A stretch of DNA of 64,000 bases from an uncultured Actinomycetota bacterium (GCA_963718235.1 CAVQYR010000001.1:576001-640000), one strand, 5' to 3'; shown: positions 28,993 through 39,211, counted from the stretch's first letter. Notes: generated from the letters alone by a model not told the origin. Numbers and translations: made by a program.

Positions 28993-29640
28993 GTGTCTGA
29001 GCTGACCACCGTCCACCTGCTGCGCCACGGCGAGGTGCACAACCCGGAGGGCGTGCTCTACGGGCGCCTGCCGGGCTACCACCTGTCCGACCTGGGTCGT
29101 CAGATGGCGCTGCGCATCGCCGAGCACCTGTCGACCCGCGACGTCGGGCGCGTGGTGAGCTCACCCCTTGAGCGGGCGCAGGAGACCGCTGCCCCGATCG
29201 CGGCGGCGCACGACCTCGACGTCGTCGTCGACCCCCGCCTGGTCGAGGCCGACAACGTCTTCCAGGGGTTGACCTTCGGGGTCGGCGACGGGGCACTGAC
29301 CCGGCCGACCCACTGGAAGCACCTCTACAACCCGTTCCGCCCTTCGTGGGGCGAGCCGTACCGGCAGCAGGCCGAGCGCATGCTCGCGGCGATGGCCGAC
29401 GCGCGTGACCACGTGCTGGGTCGCGCGGCGGTGATCGTCAGCCACCAGCTGCCGATCTGGGTCACCCGGTCGTCGATCGAGGGGCGTCGGCTGTGGCACG
29501 ACCCCAGGCGACGCGAGTGCAGCCTGGCCAGTCTGACCTCGGTCACCTACGAGGGTGACCGGATCGTGGCGCTGACCTACAGCGAGCCGGCGGTCGACCT
29601 GCTGCCGGCCAAGGGCGCCCGCACCAAGCCTGGCGCCTGA
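28993..29640 (+). CDS. Histidine phosphatase family protein
   Basis: LLRHGEVHN, SSPLERAQETA, VSHQLPI. Confidence 0.92.
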   Translation: MSELTTVHLLRHGEVHNPEGVLYGRLPGYHLSDLGRQMALRIAEHLSTRDVGRVVSSPLERAQETAAPIAAAHDLDVVVDPRLVEADNVFQGLTFGVGDGALTRPTHWKHLYNPFRPSWGEPYRQQAERMLAAMADARDHVLGRAAVIVSHQLPIWVTRSSIEGRRLWHDPRRRECSLASLTSVTYEGDRIVALTYSEPAVDLLPAKGARTKPGA

Positions 29641-29642
29641 CC

Positions 29643-30221
29643 GTGTCCCGCGCGATGCTCACCCTGCTCGGGTGCGTGCTGCTCTCGGTCGCTGCCTGCT
29701 CCGGCGGTGACCAGACGCAGGCGGTCGGCGGTGACGGCCAGGGGTTCGTCGACGGCGACGGCTCGGTCAACGTGATCGCCCCCGACGACCGGTTGCCGGT
29801 CAGCGACATCTCCGGTGAGACCCTCGACGGCGAACCACTGAGCGTCGCCGACCTCGAGGGCGACGTCGTGGTGCTCAACGTCTGGGCTTCGTGGTGCGCG
29901 CCCTGCCGGCAGGAGGCCGAGGGGCTTCAGGGCGTCTACGAGGCGACGAAGGACGACGGCGTCTCGTTCGTCGGTATCAACACCCGGGACCAGCCGGCGG
30001 CCGCCCAGGCGTTCGAGCGGGCCGAGGGCATCACCTACCCGAGCCTGGTCGACGACGGCGGGCAGCTGCTGCTCGCGTTCAGCGACACGTTGCCACCGAG
30101 CTCCATCCCCTCGACCCTGGTCCTGGACCGCGAGGGTCGGCTGGCCGCCCGGATCCTCGGCCCGACCACGTTCACCCAGCTCAAGCGTGTGGTCACCGAA
30201 GTGGCGAGCGAGGGCCCGTGA
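29643..30221 (+). CDS. TlpA/ResA-like thiol-disulfide oxidoreductase lipoprotein
   Basis: Lipobox VAAC; WASWCAPCR; IPST. Confidence 0.92.
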   Translation: MSRAMLTLLGCVLLSVAACSGGDQTQAVGGDGQGFVDGDGSVNVIAPDDRLPVSDISGETLDGEPLSVADLEGDVVVLNVWASWCAPCRQEAEGLQGVYEATKDDGVSFVGINTRDQPAAAQAFERAEGITYPSLVDDGGQLLLAFSDTLPPSSIPSTLVLDREGRLAARILGPTTFTQLKRVVTEVASEGP

Positions 30222-30973
30222 CCGGGGTTCTGGCGACGACCACCGAGACGGTCGTCTCGGGGTCGCTGCTGCTGGCCATCCCGATCGCCGTGGCGGCCGG
30301 CGTCGTCTCGTTCCTGTCCCCGTGCGTGCTGCCCCTGGTTCCCGGGTACCTCTCCTACGTCACCGGCCTGCTCGGGGTCGACCTCGGCGACGCCCGACGC
30401 GGTCGGCTGCTCCTGGGTACGTCGCTGTTCGTGCTGGGGTTCACCCTCGTCTTCGTCTCCTACGGCGCGCTGTTCGGGGGGCTGGGATCGCTGCTCCTGC
30501 AGTACAGCGACCAGATCACCCGGCTGCTCGGCGCATTCACCATCGTGTTCGGTCTGGCCTTCATGGGGCTGGTGCCGTGGCTCAACCGGGACTGGCACCC
30601 GCAGCAGCGACCGTCGGTCGGGCTGGCCGGCGCGCCCTTGCTGGGCATCTTGTTCGGCATCGGCTGGACGCCGTGCATCGGACCGACCCTGGCCGCGGTC
30701 CAGACCCTCGCCTACGACCAGGCCAGCGCGGCGCGCGGCGCCCTCCTGACCGCCGCCTACTGCGTCGGGCTCGGGCTGCCGTTCCTGCTGGTGGCGGTGG
30801 CCTTCCGTCGGACCGCGGGCGCCATGGCGTTCGTGAAGCGCCACTACGTCGCCGTGATGCGGATCGGCGGTGGCATGCTCGTGCTGGTCGGTCTGCTGAT
30901 GGTGACCGGCACGTGGGAGCAGATCACCGTGTCACTGCGGGTCTGGACCGGGTCGTTCGGAACCGTGTTCTGA
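30218..30973 (+). CDS. ccdA: Cytochrome c biogenesis protein CcdA
   Basis: SFLSPCVLPLVPGYL, GWTPCIGP; GTG overlaps upstream stop. Confidence 0.93.
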   Translation: MTGVLATTTETVVSGSLLLAIPIAVAAGVVSFLSPCVLPLVPGYLSYVTGLLGVDLGDARRGRLLLGTSLFVLGFTLVFVSYGALFGGLGSLLLQYSDQITRLLGAFTIVFGLAFMGLVPWLNRDWHPQQRPSVGLAGAPLLGILFGIGWTPCIGPTLAAVQTLAYDQASAARGALLTAAYCVGLGLPFLLVAVAFRRTAGAMAFVKRHYVAVMRIGGGMLVLVGLLMVTGTWEQITVSLRVWTGSFGTVF

Positions 30974-32535
30974 TGTCGACGTCCGACGTCCGACAGCCAG
31001 AGCTCGGCGCCGTCGGCGGGGTCCGCTGGCTGTGGCGGCAGCTCACCTCCATGCGGACCGCGCTGATCCTGCTGTTCCTTCTGGCCGTCGCGGCGATCCC
31101 CGGCTCGGTGTTCCCCCAGCGCGGGGTCGCGCCGATCCGGGTGAGGCAGTTCCTCGACGCCAACCCGGTCACCGGTCCCTGGCTCGACCGCCTCGGGTTC
31201 TTCGACGTCTACGCGGCACCGTGGTTCGCCGCGATCTACCTGCTGCTGATGATCTCCCTGGCCGGCTGCATCGTTCCGCGGATCGCTGCCCACTGGAGGA
31301 TGACCCGCGCGGCCCCACCACCGGTTCCCCGCAACCTGGCCCGGATGCCGGTCCACGAGCAGTCGTCGAGCCTCGAGAGCCCCCGAGACGTCGTCGCGCA
31401 GGCGGCACAGCTGCTGCGGCGCAAGCGGTTCCGGGTCGTGGTCTCCGACGACGGGCAGGCCGTCGCCGCCGAGAAGGGGTACCTGCGCGAGACCGGCAAC
31501 CTGGTCTTCCACGTCGCGCTGCTGCTGTTGCTCGTCGGGGTTGCCGTGGGGGGACTGTTCGGCTTTCGGGGCACGGTGATCGTCGTGGAGGGCGAAGGGT
31601 TCGCCAACACCTTGACCCAGTACGACGACTTCCACCCCGGGCGCCGCTTCACCGAGTCGCAGCTGGCCCCGTTCTCCTTCGCGCTCGACGACTTCGACGC
31701 CACCTTCGTGGAGAGCGGGCCGCGCACCGGCCAGCCGGACAGCTTCAACGCGCGGGTGACCTACCGGTCGGAGCCCGGCGCCGCGACGGAGGGGTTCGAC
31801 ATCAGGGTCAACCATCCGTTGCAGGTCGGTGGCACCAAGGTCTTCCTCCTCGGCCACGGCTACGCGCCGACCTTCACCGTTCGCGACGGCAACGGGGAGA
31901 TCGCCTTCTCCGGTTCGGTGCCGACGCTGCCACAGGACGCCGCGTTCACCTCGGTCGGTGTGGTGAAAGTCCCCGACGCCCGACCGGAGCAGCTGGGCTT
32001 CAACGTCCGGTTCACCCCCACGGCGCCGGTCACCATCGACCCGGCGGTGGGTCCGGCGTCCACCTTCCCGGAGCCCACGGACCCTCGGGTGTTCCTCGGC
32101 GCCTGGTCCGGCGACCTGGGGCTGGACGCCGGGGTTCCGCAGTCGGTGTACGAGCTCGACACGGCGTCGATGACCCAGCTCGGCAACGACGACCTGGGCG
32201 TCGGTGAGACCTGGGAGCTGCCCGACGGTGCGGGCTCGATCACCTTCGACGGCTTCGTTGAGTACGGCAACTTCCAGGTGGCCAGCGATCCGGGCCGGGT
32301 GATCGCCCTCGTGGCCGCCGTGCTGGCGATCACCGGGGTGATCGTCTCGTTGACCGTGCCACGGCGTCGGATCTGGGTCCGTGCGACGCAGCCCTCGCCA
32401 GGCCGTACCCTGCTGGAGGTCGCCGGGCTGGCGCGCAGCGAGTCCGGCAGTCTGCAGGAGGAGGTCAGCGCGCTGTCCACGGCGCTGACCGGCCCACTTC
32501 CTGCTCGCCTGTCACCTGAAGGGGACGACTCGTGA
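30973..32535 (+). CDS. resB: Cytochrome c biogenesis protein ResB
   Basis: WRQLTSMRTALILLFLLA, PWFAAIYLLL, EKGYLRETGNLVFH, RVNHPL. Confidence 0.93.
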   Translation: MSTSDVRQPELGAVGGVRWLWRQLTSMRTALILLFLLAVAAIPGSVFPQRGVAPIRVRQFLDANPVTGPWLDRLGFFDVYAAPWFAAIYLLLMISLAGCIVPRIAAHWRMTRAAPPPVPRNLARMPVHEQSSSLESPRDVVAQAAQLLRRKRFRVVVSDDGQAVAAEKGYLRETGNLVFHVALLLLLVGVAVGGLFGFRGTVIVVEGEGFANTLTQYDDFHPGRRFTESQLAPFSFALDDFDATFVESGPRTGQPDSFNARVTYRSEPGAATEGFDIRVNHPLQVGGTKVFLLGHGYAPTFTVRDGNGEIAFSGSVPTLPQDAAFTSVGVVKVPDARPEQLGFNVRFTPTAPVTIDPAVGPASTFPEPTDPRVFLGAWSGDLGLDAGVPQSVYELDTASMTQLGNDDLGVGETWELPDGAGSITFDGFVEYGNFQVASDPGRVIALVAAVLAITGVIVSLTVPRRRIWVRATQPSPGRTLLEVAGLARSESGSLQEEVSALSTALTGPLPARLSPEGDDS

Positions 32536-33533
32536 CCGATGCCGGGCTCGCGCAGCTGAGCAACAACCTGGTCTACGCGACGCTGGTCGTGCTGGCCCTG
32601 GCCCTGGTCTCGTTCGCGGCCGACCTGGCGTACGGTTCCGGCCGGGCACGGGCCCGGGCGTCGTCGACCCGGTCACGGGTAGCGGTCGGTGCCGGCGGCG
32701 GAGCCGACGCCGTCGACCTGCCGACCAGTCCCGAGGGCGGCCGCACAGAGGGCACCGAGACCGACAGCGACCGCCTCGGCCGGATCGGGGTGGCGCTCAC
32801 CGGCTTGGCCTTCGGCCTGCTGCTGGCCGCCGTCGTGGCCCGCGGGGTGTCAGCCGGGCGACCGCCCTGGGGCAACATGTACGAGTTCTCCCTGGCCGGA
32901 GCCCTGTCGGCGCTCGGGGTGTTCCTGGTCCTGCTGCTGCTCGGCCGCCAGGTGCGCTACCTGGGCGTGTTCGTCGTGCTGGCGGCGCTGGTGACTCTGG
33001 GGGTCGCGGTCGTCGTCCTGTACACCGAGTCGGCCCAGCTGGTCCCGGCCCTGAAGTCGTACTGGCTGTGGATCCACGTGACGGCGGCGATCATCAGCAG
33101 CGGGATCTTCACCGTGGCCACCGCCGCCACGGTGATGTACCTGGTGGCCGACGCGGCAGACCGCAGGAAGGCCGCGGGTCGACCCGGCGGGTGGGTCGGC
33201 GCCGTCGCCTCGCACCTGCCGGACGCGGTGACCCTGGACCGGGTGGCCTACCGCACGATCGCCTTCGGCTTCCCGCTGTGGTTCTTCACGATCGTGGCCG
33301 GCGCGATCTGGGCCGAGGCCGCGTGGGGCCGCTACTGGGGCTGGGACCCCAAGGAGACCTGGTCCTTCGTGACGCTGGTCCTGTACGCGGCCTACCTGCA
33401 CGCGCGCGCCACGGCGGGCTGGAAGGGCCGAAGTGCGGCGTTGGTCGCGCTGGCCGCCTACAGCTGCTTCCTGTTCAACTACTTCGGGGTCAACATCTGG
33501 TTCTTCGGCCTGCACAGCTACGGCGGCGTCTGA
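32532..33533 (+). CDS. ccsB: c-type cytochrome biogenesis protein CcsB/ResC
   Basis: PWGNMYE, WLWIHV, WWD motif GAIWAEAAWGRYWGWDPKETW, GLHSY. Confidence 0.95.
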   Translation: MTDAGLAQLSNNLVYATLVVLALALVSFAADLAYGSGRARARASSTRSRVAVGAGGGADAVDLPTSPEGGRTEGTETDSDRLGRIGVALTGLAFGLLLAAVVARGVSAGRPPWGNMYEFSLAGALSALGVFLVLLLLGRQVRYLGVFVVLAALVTLGVAVVVLYTESAQLVPALKSYWLWIHVTAAIISSGIFTVATAATVMYLVADAADRRKAAGRPGGWVGAVASHLPDAVTLDRVAYRTIAFGFPLWFFTIVAGAIWAEAAWGRYWGWDPKETWSFVTLVLYAAYLHARATAGWKGRSAALVALAAYSCFLFNYFGVNIWFFGLHSYGGV

Positions 33534-33862
33534 CGGTCGTCGTGGGTGCTGTCGTGGCTGCTGTCTGGACTGCTGTCGGGGGTGGGGTCCGGGGGAGCGG
33601 CGTCGGGTCCGGACGCCGGGTCCCAACCGTCGACGGGCTCGTCGACCGGGCCGTCGACCGGGCCGTCGACCGGGCCGCGCGCCTGCCGCTCGCGCCACAG
33701 GCGGTCGTCGAGGTCACGCAGGAACTTGGGGTCGTCGTCCGGGGCCTTGGGCGAGAGCGGCGGCCGGCGGCCCCCGGGGGCACCGCCACGGCGCTGGACC
33801 ATGGTGACCAGCAGGTACACCACCGCGAAGACGACGGCGAGCAACGCGAGAGCCTTGAGCAC
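33518..33862 (-). CDS. Small membrane-anchored protein with PDDDPxFL motif and repeat-rich acidic tail
   Basis: N-terminal TM helix, KAPDDDPKFLRDL; 12-bp repeats (33627-33674) encode GPVD x3-4. Confidence 0.65.
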   Translation of the reverse strand: MLKALALLAVVFAVVYLLVTMVQRRGGAPGGRRPPLSPKAPDDDPKFLRDLDDRLWRERQARGPVDGPVDGPVDEPVDGWDPASGPDAAPPDPTPDSSPDSSHDSTHDDRQTPP

Positions 33863-34063
33863 GGCGTCACCCCCTGGTCCGACGGCGGCCCGCAGCGCGT
33901 CGAGGCGCGATTCGGGACGTGTGGGACCAGCCTAACCGCGGCGTTCGCCGTTCGCGCGCGCAGACCAGCCCCCGCCGTCGTCCCAGACGGACAGCGGGCG
34001 CAGGGCGTGCGTGGGCGAGGGGGTCGGCGGGCGCAGGAGGTGGGGGCGAGCGATGGCCGCGGC

Positions 34064-34186
34064 CTACCGCTTCCAAAAGGAGCGGATCCGGTCGCGGGTG
34101 AGCCGGTTCGGGTGGACGACCACGCGCCGGGCGTCGTGCTCCAACGTGCGGATGTGCGCGTGGGCCTGCTCGAGCGAGGGAAGCAT
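34064..34186 (-). CDS. Putative 40-aa small protein divergent from lrp
   Basis: MLPSLEQAHAHIRTLEHDARRVVVHPNRLTRDRIRSFWKR*; GGAG 10 nt upstream; GC3-rich codons. Confidence 0.55.
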   Translation of the reverse strand: MLPSLEQAHAHIRTLEHDARRVVVHPNRLTRDRIRSFWKR

Positions 34187-34272
34187 GGGGAACAACTCCA
34201 AATCGGTGAATCCAAGGTCTCCAACTTCTTGCGTCTTCAATCATAAGGCAAGAGTCCGATATCGTCCAACGA

Positions 34273-34818
34273 ATGAGAGTCGATGAGGCCACGATGACCT
34301 TGGATGAGACGGTCGAGCCAGCCCGGCCGGGCCGGGCCGGTGGCCGGCGGCGCGAGCAGGGGCTGGACACCACCGACCAGGCGATCCTGGCCGCCCTGCG
34401 CACCAACGCTCGGATCCCCTACGCCGACCTGGCCCGGCTGGTGGGACTGTCCGGGCCCAGCGTGGCCGACCGGGTCAGGCGGCTGGAGCAGCTGGGGGTG
34501 ATCACCGGGTACCACGCTGCGGTGGCCCCCGCGGCGCTCGGGCTCGGGGTCGTTGCGCTGGTCGGCATCGAACAGACCGACGACGGAGACCAGGACGCCA
34601 TCGCGGCCGCCCTGGAGCGGCACCCGCAGATCGAGGACTGCTGGTTCGTGGCCGGCGACGAGGTGTTCGTGGTGAAGGTCCGGGTGGCCGACGTCGAGGC
34701 CCTGGAGAGCACCTTGCGCACCCTGCGCCGGATCGCCGGCGTCTCGCGCACCCACACGACCGTGGTGCTGTCCACCAAGTGGGAGGGACGGGCCGCGGCC
34801 GGCCCGCAGGCCGACTGA
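34273..34818 (+). CDS. Lrp/AsnC family transcriptional regulator
   Basis: LDTTDQAIL..NARIPYADLARLVGLS..RVRRLE..GVITGY; RAM domain VAGDE..THTTVVLS. Start may be ATG 34294. Confidence 0.93.
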   Translation: MRVDEATMTLDETVEPARPGRAGGRRREQGLDTTDQAILAALRTNARIPYADLARLVGLSGPSVADRVRRLEQLGVITGYHAAVAPAALGLGVVALVGIEQTDDGDQDAIAAALERHPQIEDCWFVAGDEVFVVKVRVADVEALESTLRTLRRIAGVSRTHTTVVLSTKWEGRAAAGPQAD

Positions 34819-34886
34819 CGCCGTCGCGCTCGGGGCAGGGCATACGCCCTGCCAGCCAGGCGCGGCCCGCGAGGCACAATGGGCGG

Positions 34887-35195
34887 GTGAGTCGCGTCCC
34901 TCCCGTCATCACCTACTCGGTGCTTCGCCTGTTGCTCTTCGCCGTCCCGTTCGGTCTCCTGCTGCTGGTCGGTGTGCCAGTGCTGTGGGCGCTGCCCGTG
35001 GCGTTCATCGTGTCGGCCCTGGTGAGCCTGTTCGCGCTGAGCGGCCAGCGCGATGCGATCTCGGCGTCGGTCGTCGACCGGTCGGCCCGGGTCAAGAACA
35101 CGATGGACGAGCGGGCAGCGGCCGAGGACGCGTGGGACGACGAGCAGCGCGCCAAGGACGAGGGCGCTCAGCGCGGCGACGACTCCGGGAGCTGA
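34887..35195 (+). CDS. DUF4229-like small membrane protein
   Basis: YSVLRLLLF, two TM helices, SL..LSGQR, acidic tail; GTG 6 nt after CACAAT. Confidence 0.75.
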   Translation: MSRVPPVITYSVLRLLLFAVPFGLLLLVGVPVLWALPVAFIVSALVSLFALSGQRDAISASVVDRSARVKNTMDERAAAEDAWDDEQRAKDEGAQRGDDSGS

Positions 35196-36448
35196 GCGGG
35201 CGCCGTGTCCTGCCCGACCCGGTCCGGTCGGTCGGCGGGTGCCGCATCGAGCTCGCGCAGCGGTCGGCTGAACCACGCCGCGATCAAGGTGAGGGTCGCG
35301 AGCCCGGCGCAGCCGGCGACCGTCGCCTGGGGCCCGACCGCGGCGACCACGAGACCGGCGAACAGGTACCCCAGTGGAACGACGCCGTAGGCCACCGACA
35401 CGATCACGCCCATGACGCGACCGCGCATCGGCTCCGGGGTGCGCTGCTGCAGGGTGAAGTTGACCACCGGGTTGATCGGTCCGGTCAGGACGCCGCCGAG
35501 GACGGCCCCGGCCACCAGCCATCCGTAGGGAGGCTGCAGGGCGAACCAGGTCAGGGCCAGGACACCCCCGGCCATGCCGACGACGAGCGCGATCCGCTGG
35601 CTCACCCGGTGACCCAGGGCGCTGTACCCCAGCGCGCCGGCGATGCCCCCGATGCTGAAGGCCATGAGCAGGACGCCGAGCCGCTCGGGCTCGGCCTGCC
35701 GCTCGAAGACGACGGGCAGTACCACGCCGAGGACCGGGTAGGTGATGGCCACGAAGGCGGAGGACAGCAGGGTCACCGAGCGGAGGACCCGGTTGTCCCA
35801 CACGAACCGGAGGCCGACCAGGGTGCCGGCCCAGAAGGGCGGCCGGTGCTTGGCCAGCGGACGTCCGGCCCCTGGCACGTGGACCAGGGCCAGAAGGGCC
35901 GCCGAGGCCACGAACCCGGCGAACATGGCCCACAGCGCGGGGACGGCGCCGACCAGACCGATCAGCACGCCTCCGACGGCCGGGCCGACGAGGAAGGCGA
36001 GTCCCCAGATGGCCTCGTGGATACCGTTCACCCGCTGGAGGGGGAGCTGGGCGGTCTCGGCGACGTCGGGCAGCATCGCCTCGCGGGCGGTGACGCCGGC
36101 CGGGTCGAAGACCGACCCGAGCACCCCGAGGGCGAGCACCCAGGCGAAGGTGAGGTCTGCGGTCAGCGCGACGAGCGGGATCCCTGCGACGGAGACGGCG
36201 GAGAAGACGTCGGAGACGACCGAGGTGCGTCGTCGGCCGAACCGGTCGACCATGGTGCCGGAGAACAGACTGGACAGCAGCATCGGCAGTGCGCTGACGC
36301 CGGCCACCACGCCTGCGGCGGCGGGGTTGCCCGTCAGCTCGAGCACGATCCACGGCATGGCCACCATCGCCACGCCGTTGCCGAGGCCCGACATCAACGT
36401 GGCCCCCTCGAGGGCCAGGAACGGGACGAGTCGCCGAGGGCTCGTCAT
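35168..36448 (-). CDS. MFS efflux transporter (Tap-like H+ antiporter family)
   Basis: Motif A GTMVDRFGRRR, ~12 TM segments, LQQRTPEPMRGRVMG. Confidence 0.9.
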   Translation of the reverse strand: MTSPRRLVPFLALEGATLMSGLGNGVAMVAMPWIVLELTGNPAAAGVVAGVSALPMLLSSLFSGTMVDRFGRRRTSVVSDVFSAVSVAGIPLVALTADLTFAWVLALGVLGSVFDPAGVTAREAMLPDVAETAQLPLQRVNGIHEAIWGLAFLVGPAVGGVLIGLVGAVPALWAMFAGFVASAALLALVHVPGAGRPLAKHRPPFWAGTLVGLRFVWDNRVLRSVTLLSSAFVAITYPVLGVVLPVVFERQAEPERLGVLLMAFSIGGIAGALGYSALGHRVSQRIALVVGMAGGVLALTWFALQPPYGWLVAGAVLGGVLTGPINPVVNFTLQQRTPEPMRGRVMGVIVSVAYGVVPLGYLFAGLVVAAVGPQATVAGCAGLATLTLIAAWFSRPLRELDAAPADRPDRVGQDTAPAQLPESSPR

Positions 36449-37035
36449 GACTGGCTCCGACGGCGACGGGTCGGTGGCGCGGTGACCCCGGCGAGCAGGC
36501 TGGTGGCCACGACCCCGGGCGCATCGCGGGCGGCCAGTCGGCCCTCGTGCACGGAGTCCCAGGCCGTGATGACCGCACCGCCGAGCAGGTCGACGACCCA
36601 GTCGACGGGCAGGTCGGCGCGAAGCTGTCCGGAGTCCTGACCGCGTCGGACTGCGGCCGCGACCGGCTCGAAGACCTCGTACCAGCGCCGGCCCAGGGTG
36701 GGGGAGTCGTAGATGACCGGGTCGGCGTTGAGGAAACGCAGGTAGGGCCCGAGCTCGACCAGCTGCTCGACGACCCGACGCAGCGCCGTCGCCGCGTCGT
36801 CGTCACCGGGTCGGGCCGAGTCGATGGCCGCGGCGACGGTGTCGAGGGCCTCGTCGGCCAGGGCGTGCAGCAGGTCGTCGCGGGTGGCGAAGCAGCGGTG
36901 CAGGGTGGTGCGTCCGACCCCGGCGGCGGCCGCGACCTCCGACAGGCTGGCCCGGGCGTCCTTGCTCAACCGCTCGGCGGCGGCGTCCAGGACGGCTCGG
37001 CGGGTCCGGTCGTGGCGGGGCATCGGGGTCGACAT
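36445..37035 (-). CDS. TetR/AcrR family regulator
   Basis: ATG 37035; RTRRAVLDAA..ASLSEVAAAAGVGRTTLHRCFATRDDL; stop overlaps MFS start. Confidence 0.9.
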   Translation of the reverse strand: MSTPMPRHDRTRRAVLDAAAERLSKDARASLSEVAAAAGVGRTTLHRCFATRDDLLHALADEALDTVAAAIDSARPGDDDAATALRRVVEQLVELGPYLRFLNADPVIYDSPTLGRRWYEVFEPVAAAVRRGQDSGQLRADLPVDWVVDLLGGAVITAWDSVHEGRLAARDAPGVVATSLLAGVTAPPTRRRRSQS

Positions 37036-37037
37036 GG

Positions 37038-37087
37038 ATGGAACACTCCTGCTTCGTATGGAACACCATTGTTCCATACGAAGCAGG
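37038..37087. promoter_or_regulatory. 18-bp perfect inverted repeat: TetR operator and/or menA terminator
   Basis: CCTGCTTCGTATGGAACA-ccat-TGTTCCATACGAAGCAGG (37048-37087) plus a third ATGGAACAC half-site at 37038. Confidence 0.75.
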
Positions 37088-37103
37088 CTCCGACCAGCCG
37101 GGC

Positions 37104-37979
37104 TCAGCCGAGGGCCAGGCCCACGGCGAGGGTGAGACCGAAGAGCAGCTGGGTGCGGCCGGTGTCCCGCAGGGTGACGATCAGCGCGCGGCCGGTCGCC
37201 CCCCGCAGGACCGCCCCGACCGGCGGCAGTCCGGGGACGACGGCCAGCAGGGTCAGTAGGGCCCACTCGGTCCACAGGACGGCGACCAGGACCCCCCCGG
37301 CCAGGGCGAGCAGCATCATCGCGACGTAGAGCCAACGGGTCCCGCGGTCGCCCAGCCGGACGGCCAGGGTCACCTTGCCCACCGCCTCGTCGGTCGGACG
37401 GTCGCGCAGGTTGTTCACGACCAGCAGGGCCGAGGCGAGCAGGCCGACCGGCACCGCGCAGACGAACGCCAGGGCGGTCAGCTGCTCGGTCTGGACGAAC
37501 GCCGTTCCGGTCACGGCCACCAGCCCGAAGAAGACGAACACGCTCAGCTCGCCCAGGCCTCGGTAGCCGTAGGGCGAGCGACCGCCGGTGTAGTACCAGG
37601 CGGCCACGATCGCGGCGACCCCGACCAGCAGCAGCCACCAGGCCTGGGTCCACAGCACCAGCACCAGGCCGGCCACGGCGGCCACGCCGAACATCCCGAG
37701 CGCCGCGCGCTTCACGACGCTCGGTTCCGCCGCGCCGCTGGCGACCAGCCGCACCGGGCCGACCCGCTCCTCGTCGGTGCCGCGCACGCCGTCGCTGTAG
37801 TCGTTGGCGTAGTTGACCCCGACCTGCAGGGACAGCGCGACGACGAGAGCCAGCAGGGCCTGGGCGGCGAGGAAGGAACCTTCGAACGAGGCAACCCCGG
37901 AGCCGACGGCGACGGGGGCGATCGCCGCGGGAAGGGTTCGCGGGCGCGCGCCCTCCCACCACTGGGCCGGTGTCGCCAT
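37104..37979 (-). CDS. menA: 1,4-dihydroxy-2-naphthoate polyprenyltransferase
   Basis: GARPRTLPAA, NYANDYSDGVRGTD, VVNNLRD..D..GKVTLAVRLG. Confidence 0.96.
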   Translation of the reverse strand: MATPAQWWEGARPRTLPAAIAPVAVGSGVASFEGSFLAAQALLALVVALSLQVGVNYANDYSDGVRGTDEERVGPVRLVASGAAEPSVVKRAALGMFGVAAVAGLVLVLWTQAWWLLLVGVAAIVAAWYYTGGRSPYGYRGLGELSVFVFFGLVAVTGTAFVQTEQLTALAFVCAVPVGLLASALLVVNNLRDRPTDEAVGKVTLAVRLGDRGTRWLYVAMMLLALAGGVLVAVLWTEWALLTLLAVVPGLPPVGAVLRGATGRALIVTLRDTGRTQLLFGLTLAVGLALG

Positions 37980-37996
37980 CAGGCTGCTCGCTCTCG

Positions 37997-39211
37997 TCAG
38001 GGTGCGGCGTCGAGCGTCTCCGGGGACGACGAGCCGGTGGCGAGGGTACGCACCGCGGCCCGGTCCGGCTTGCCCGAGGTCAGCAGGGGGAGCTCGGCGA
38101 GTCCGACGACGAGGCGTGGCAGCGCGGCCGCGGGAAGCTGGGTGGCCGCGAAGTCCCTGAGCTGCGCAAGCGTCGGCCAGGCCCCCGGTGCTGTGGGAAC
38201 GACCGCCGCGACGACCTGCTGACCCCACTCGGGGTCAGGGACTCCGACCACCACGACCTCGGCAACGCCCGGGTGGCCGGAAAGTACCGCCTCGACCCGG
38301 ACACACGACACGTTGACCCCACCGGAGACCACGACGTCGTCGTCGCGACCGAGCACGGTGAGGCGTCCCGCCTCGTCGAGGAGTCCGAGGTCCTGGGTGT
38401 AGAGCTCCTGGCCGCGCAGCACCTGCGACGTGAGGGTCGGTTCGAGTCGGTAGCCGGTGAACAAGGTCGGCCCGGATAGCACGACGTGTCCGTCGGAGTC
38501 GAGGCGCACCCCCACGCCCGGCAGCGGATGGCCGTCGTAGACGCACCCGCCGCTGGTCTCGGTCATGCCGTACGTCGTGACGACCCGAACGCCACGGTCG
38601 GCCGCACGCACGAGCAGCGACGGGTCGGACCCGGCACCGCCCAGGAGCACCACGTCGAGCCGGGCCAGTGCGGCGGTGGCCGCCGGGTCGTCCAGCAGCC
38701 GGTAGAGCTGGGTGGGCACCAGCGAGGTCGCCCGCACGCCGTCCCCACCGGTGTGGTCCAGCTGGGCGGCGGCAGCGGCGAAGGCTGACGGCGAGAACCT
38801 CTCGCTCAGGTCGAGGAGCACCGGGTGGGTGCCGGCGAGCAGCGAGCGCACCAGCACCTGCAGCCCCCCGATCGAGCTCAGGGGCAGGGCCACCACCCAC
38901 GCACCGGGGCCGCCGATCACCTCCTCAGTGGCCCGTGCGCTCGCGCGGAGCGCCTCGGCGGTGAGCATCGCCAGCTTGGGGACACCGGTCGAGCCGGAGG
39001 TCGCGACCACGACGCTGACGTCGTCGTGCTCGAGCGGTCGGTCCAGCTGGGCGGCCTCGACCAGGGCGGACCGCACGGCCGGCGGCCCCGGAGGAAGGGG
39101 GAGGATCGCCGGGCCGGACCCGTCGAGGGCGGCAGCCAGGCGACGGCGGAAGGGGTCCACGGCGTCCGCCCGCGTCGGGGCGTCCAGGGTGATCAGGTGC
39201 CGCGTACGCAT
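37997..39211 (-). CDS. menE: o-succinylbenzoate--CoA ligase (short actinobacterial form)
   Basis: [44 protein letters not shown]; between menA and menB. Confidence 0.9.
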   Translation of the reverse strand: MRTRHLITLDAPTRADAVDPFRRRLAAALDGSGPAILPLPPGPPAVRSALVEAAQLDRPLEHDDVSVVVATSGSTGVPKLAMLTAEALRASARATEEVIGGPGAWVVALPLSSIGGLQVLVRSLLAGTHPVLLDLSERFSPSAFAAAAAQLDHTGGDGVRATSLVPTQLYRLLDDPAATAALARLDVVLLGGAGSDPSLLVRAADRGVRVVTTYGMTETSGGCVYDGHPLPGVGVRLDSDGHVVLSGPTLFTGYRLEPTLTSQVLRGQELYTQDLGLLDEAGRLTVLGRDDDVVVSGGVNVSCVRVEAVLSGHPGVAEVVVVGVPDPEWGQQVVAAVVPTAPGAWPTLAQLRDFAATQLPAAALPRLVVGLAELPLLTSGKPDRAAVRTLATGSSSPETLDAAP

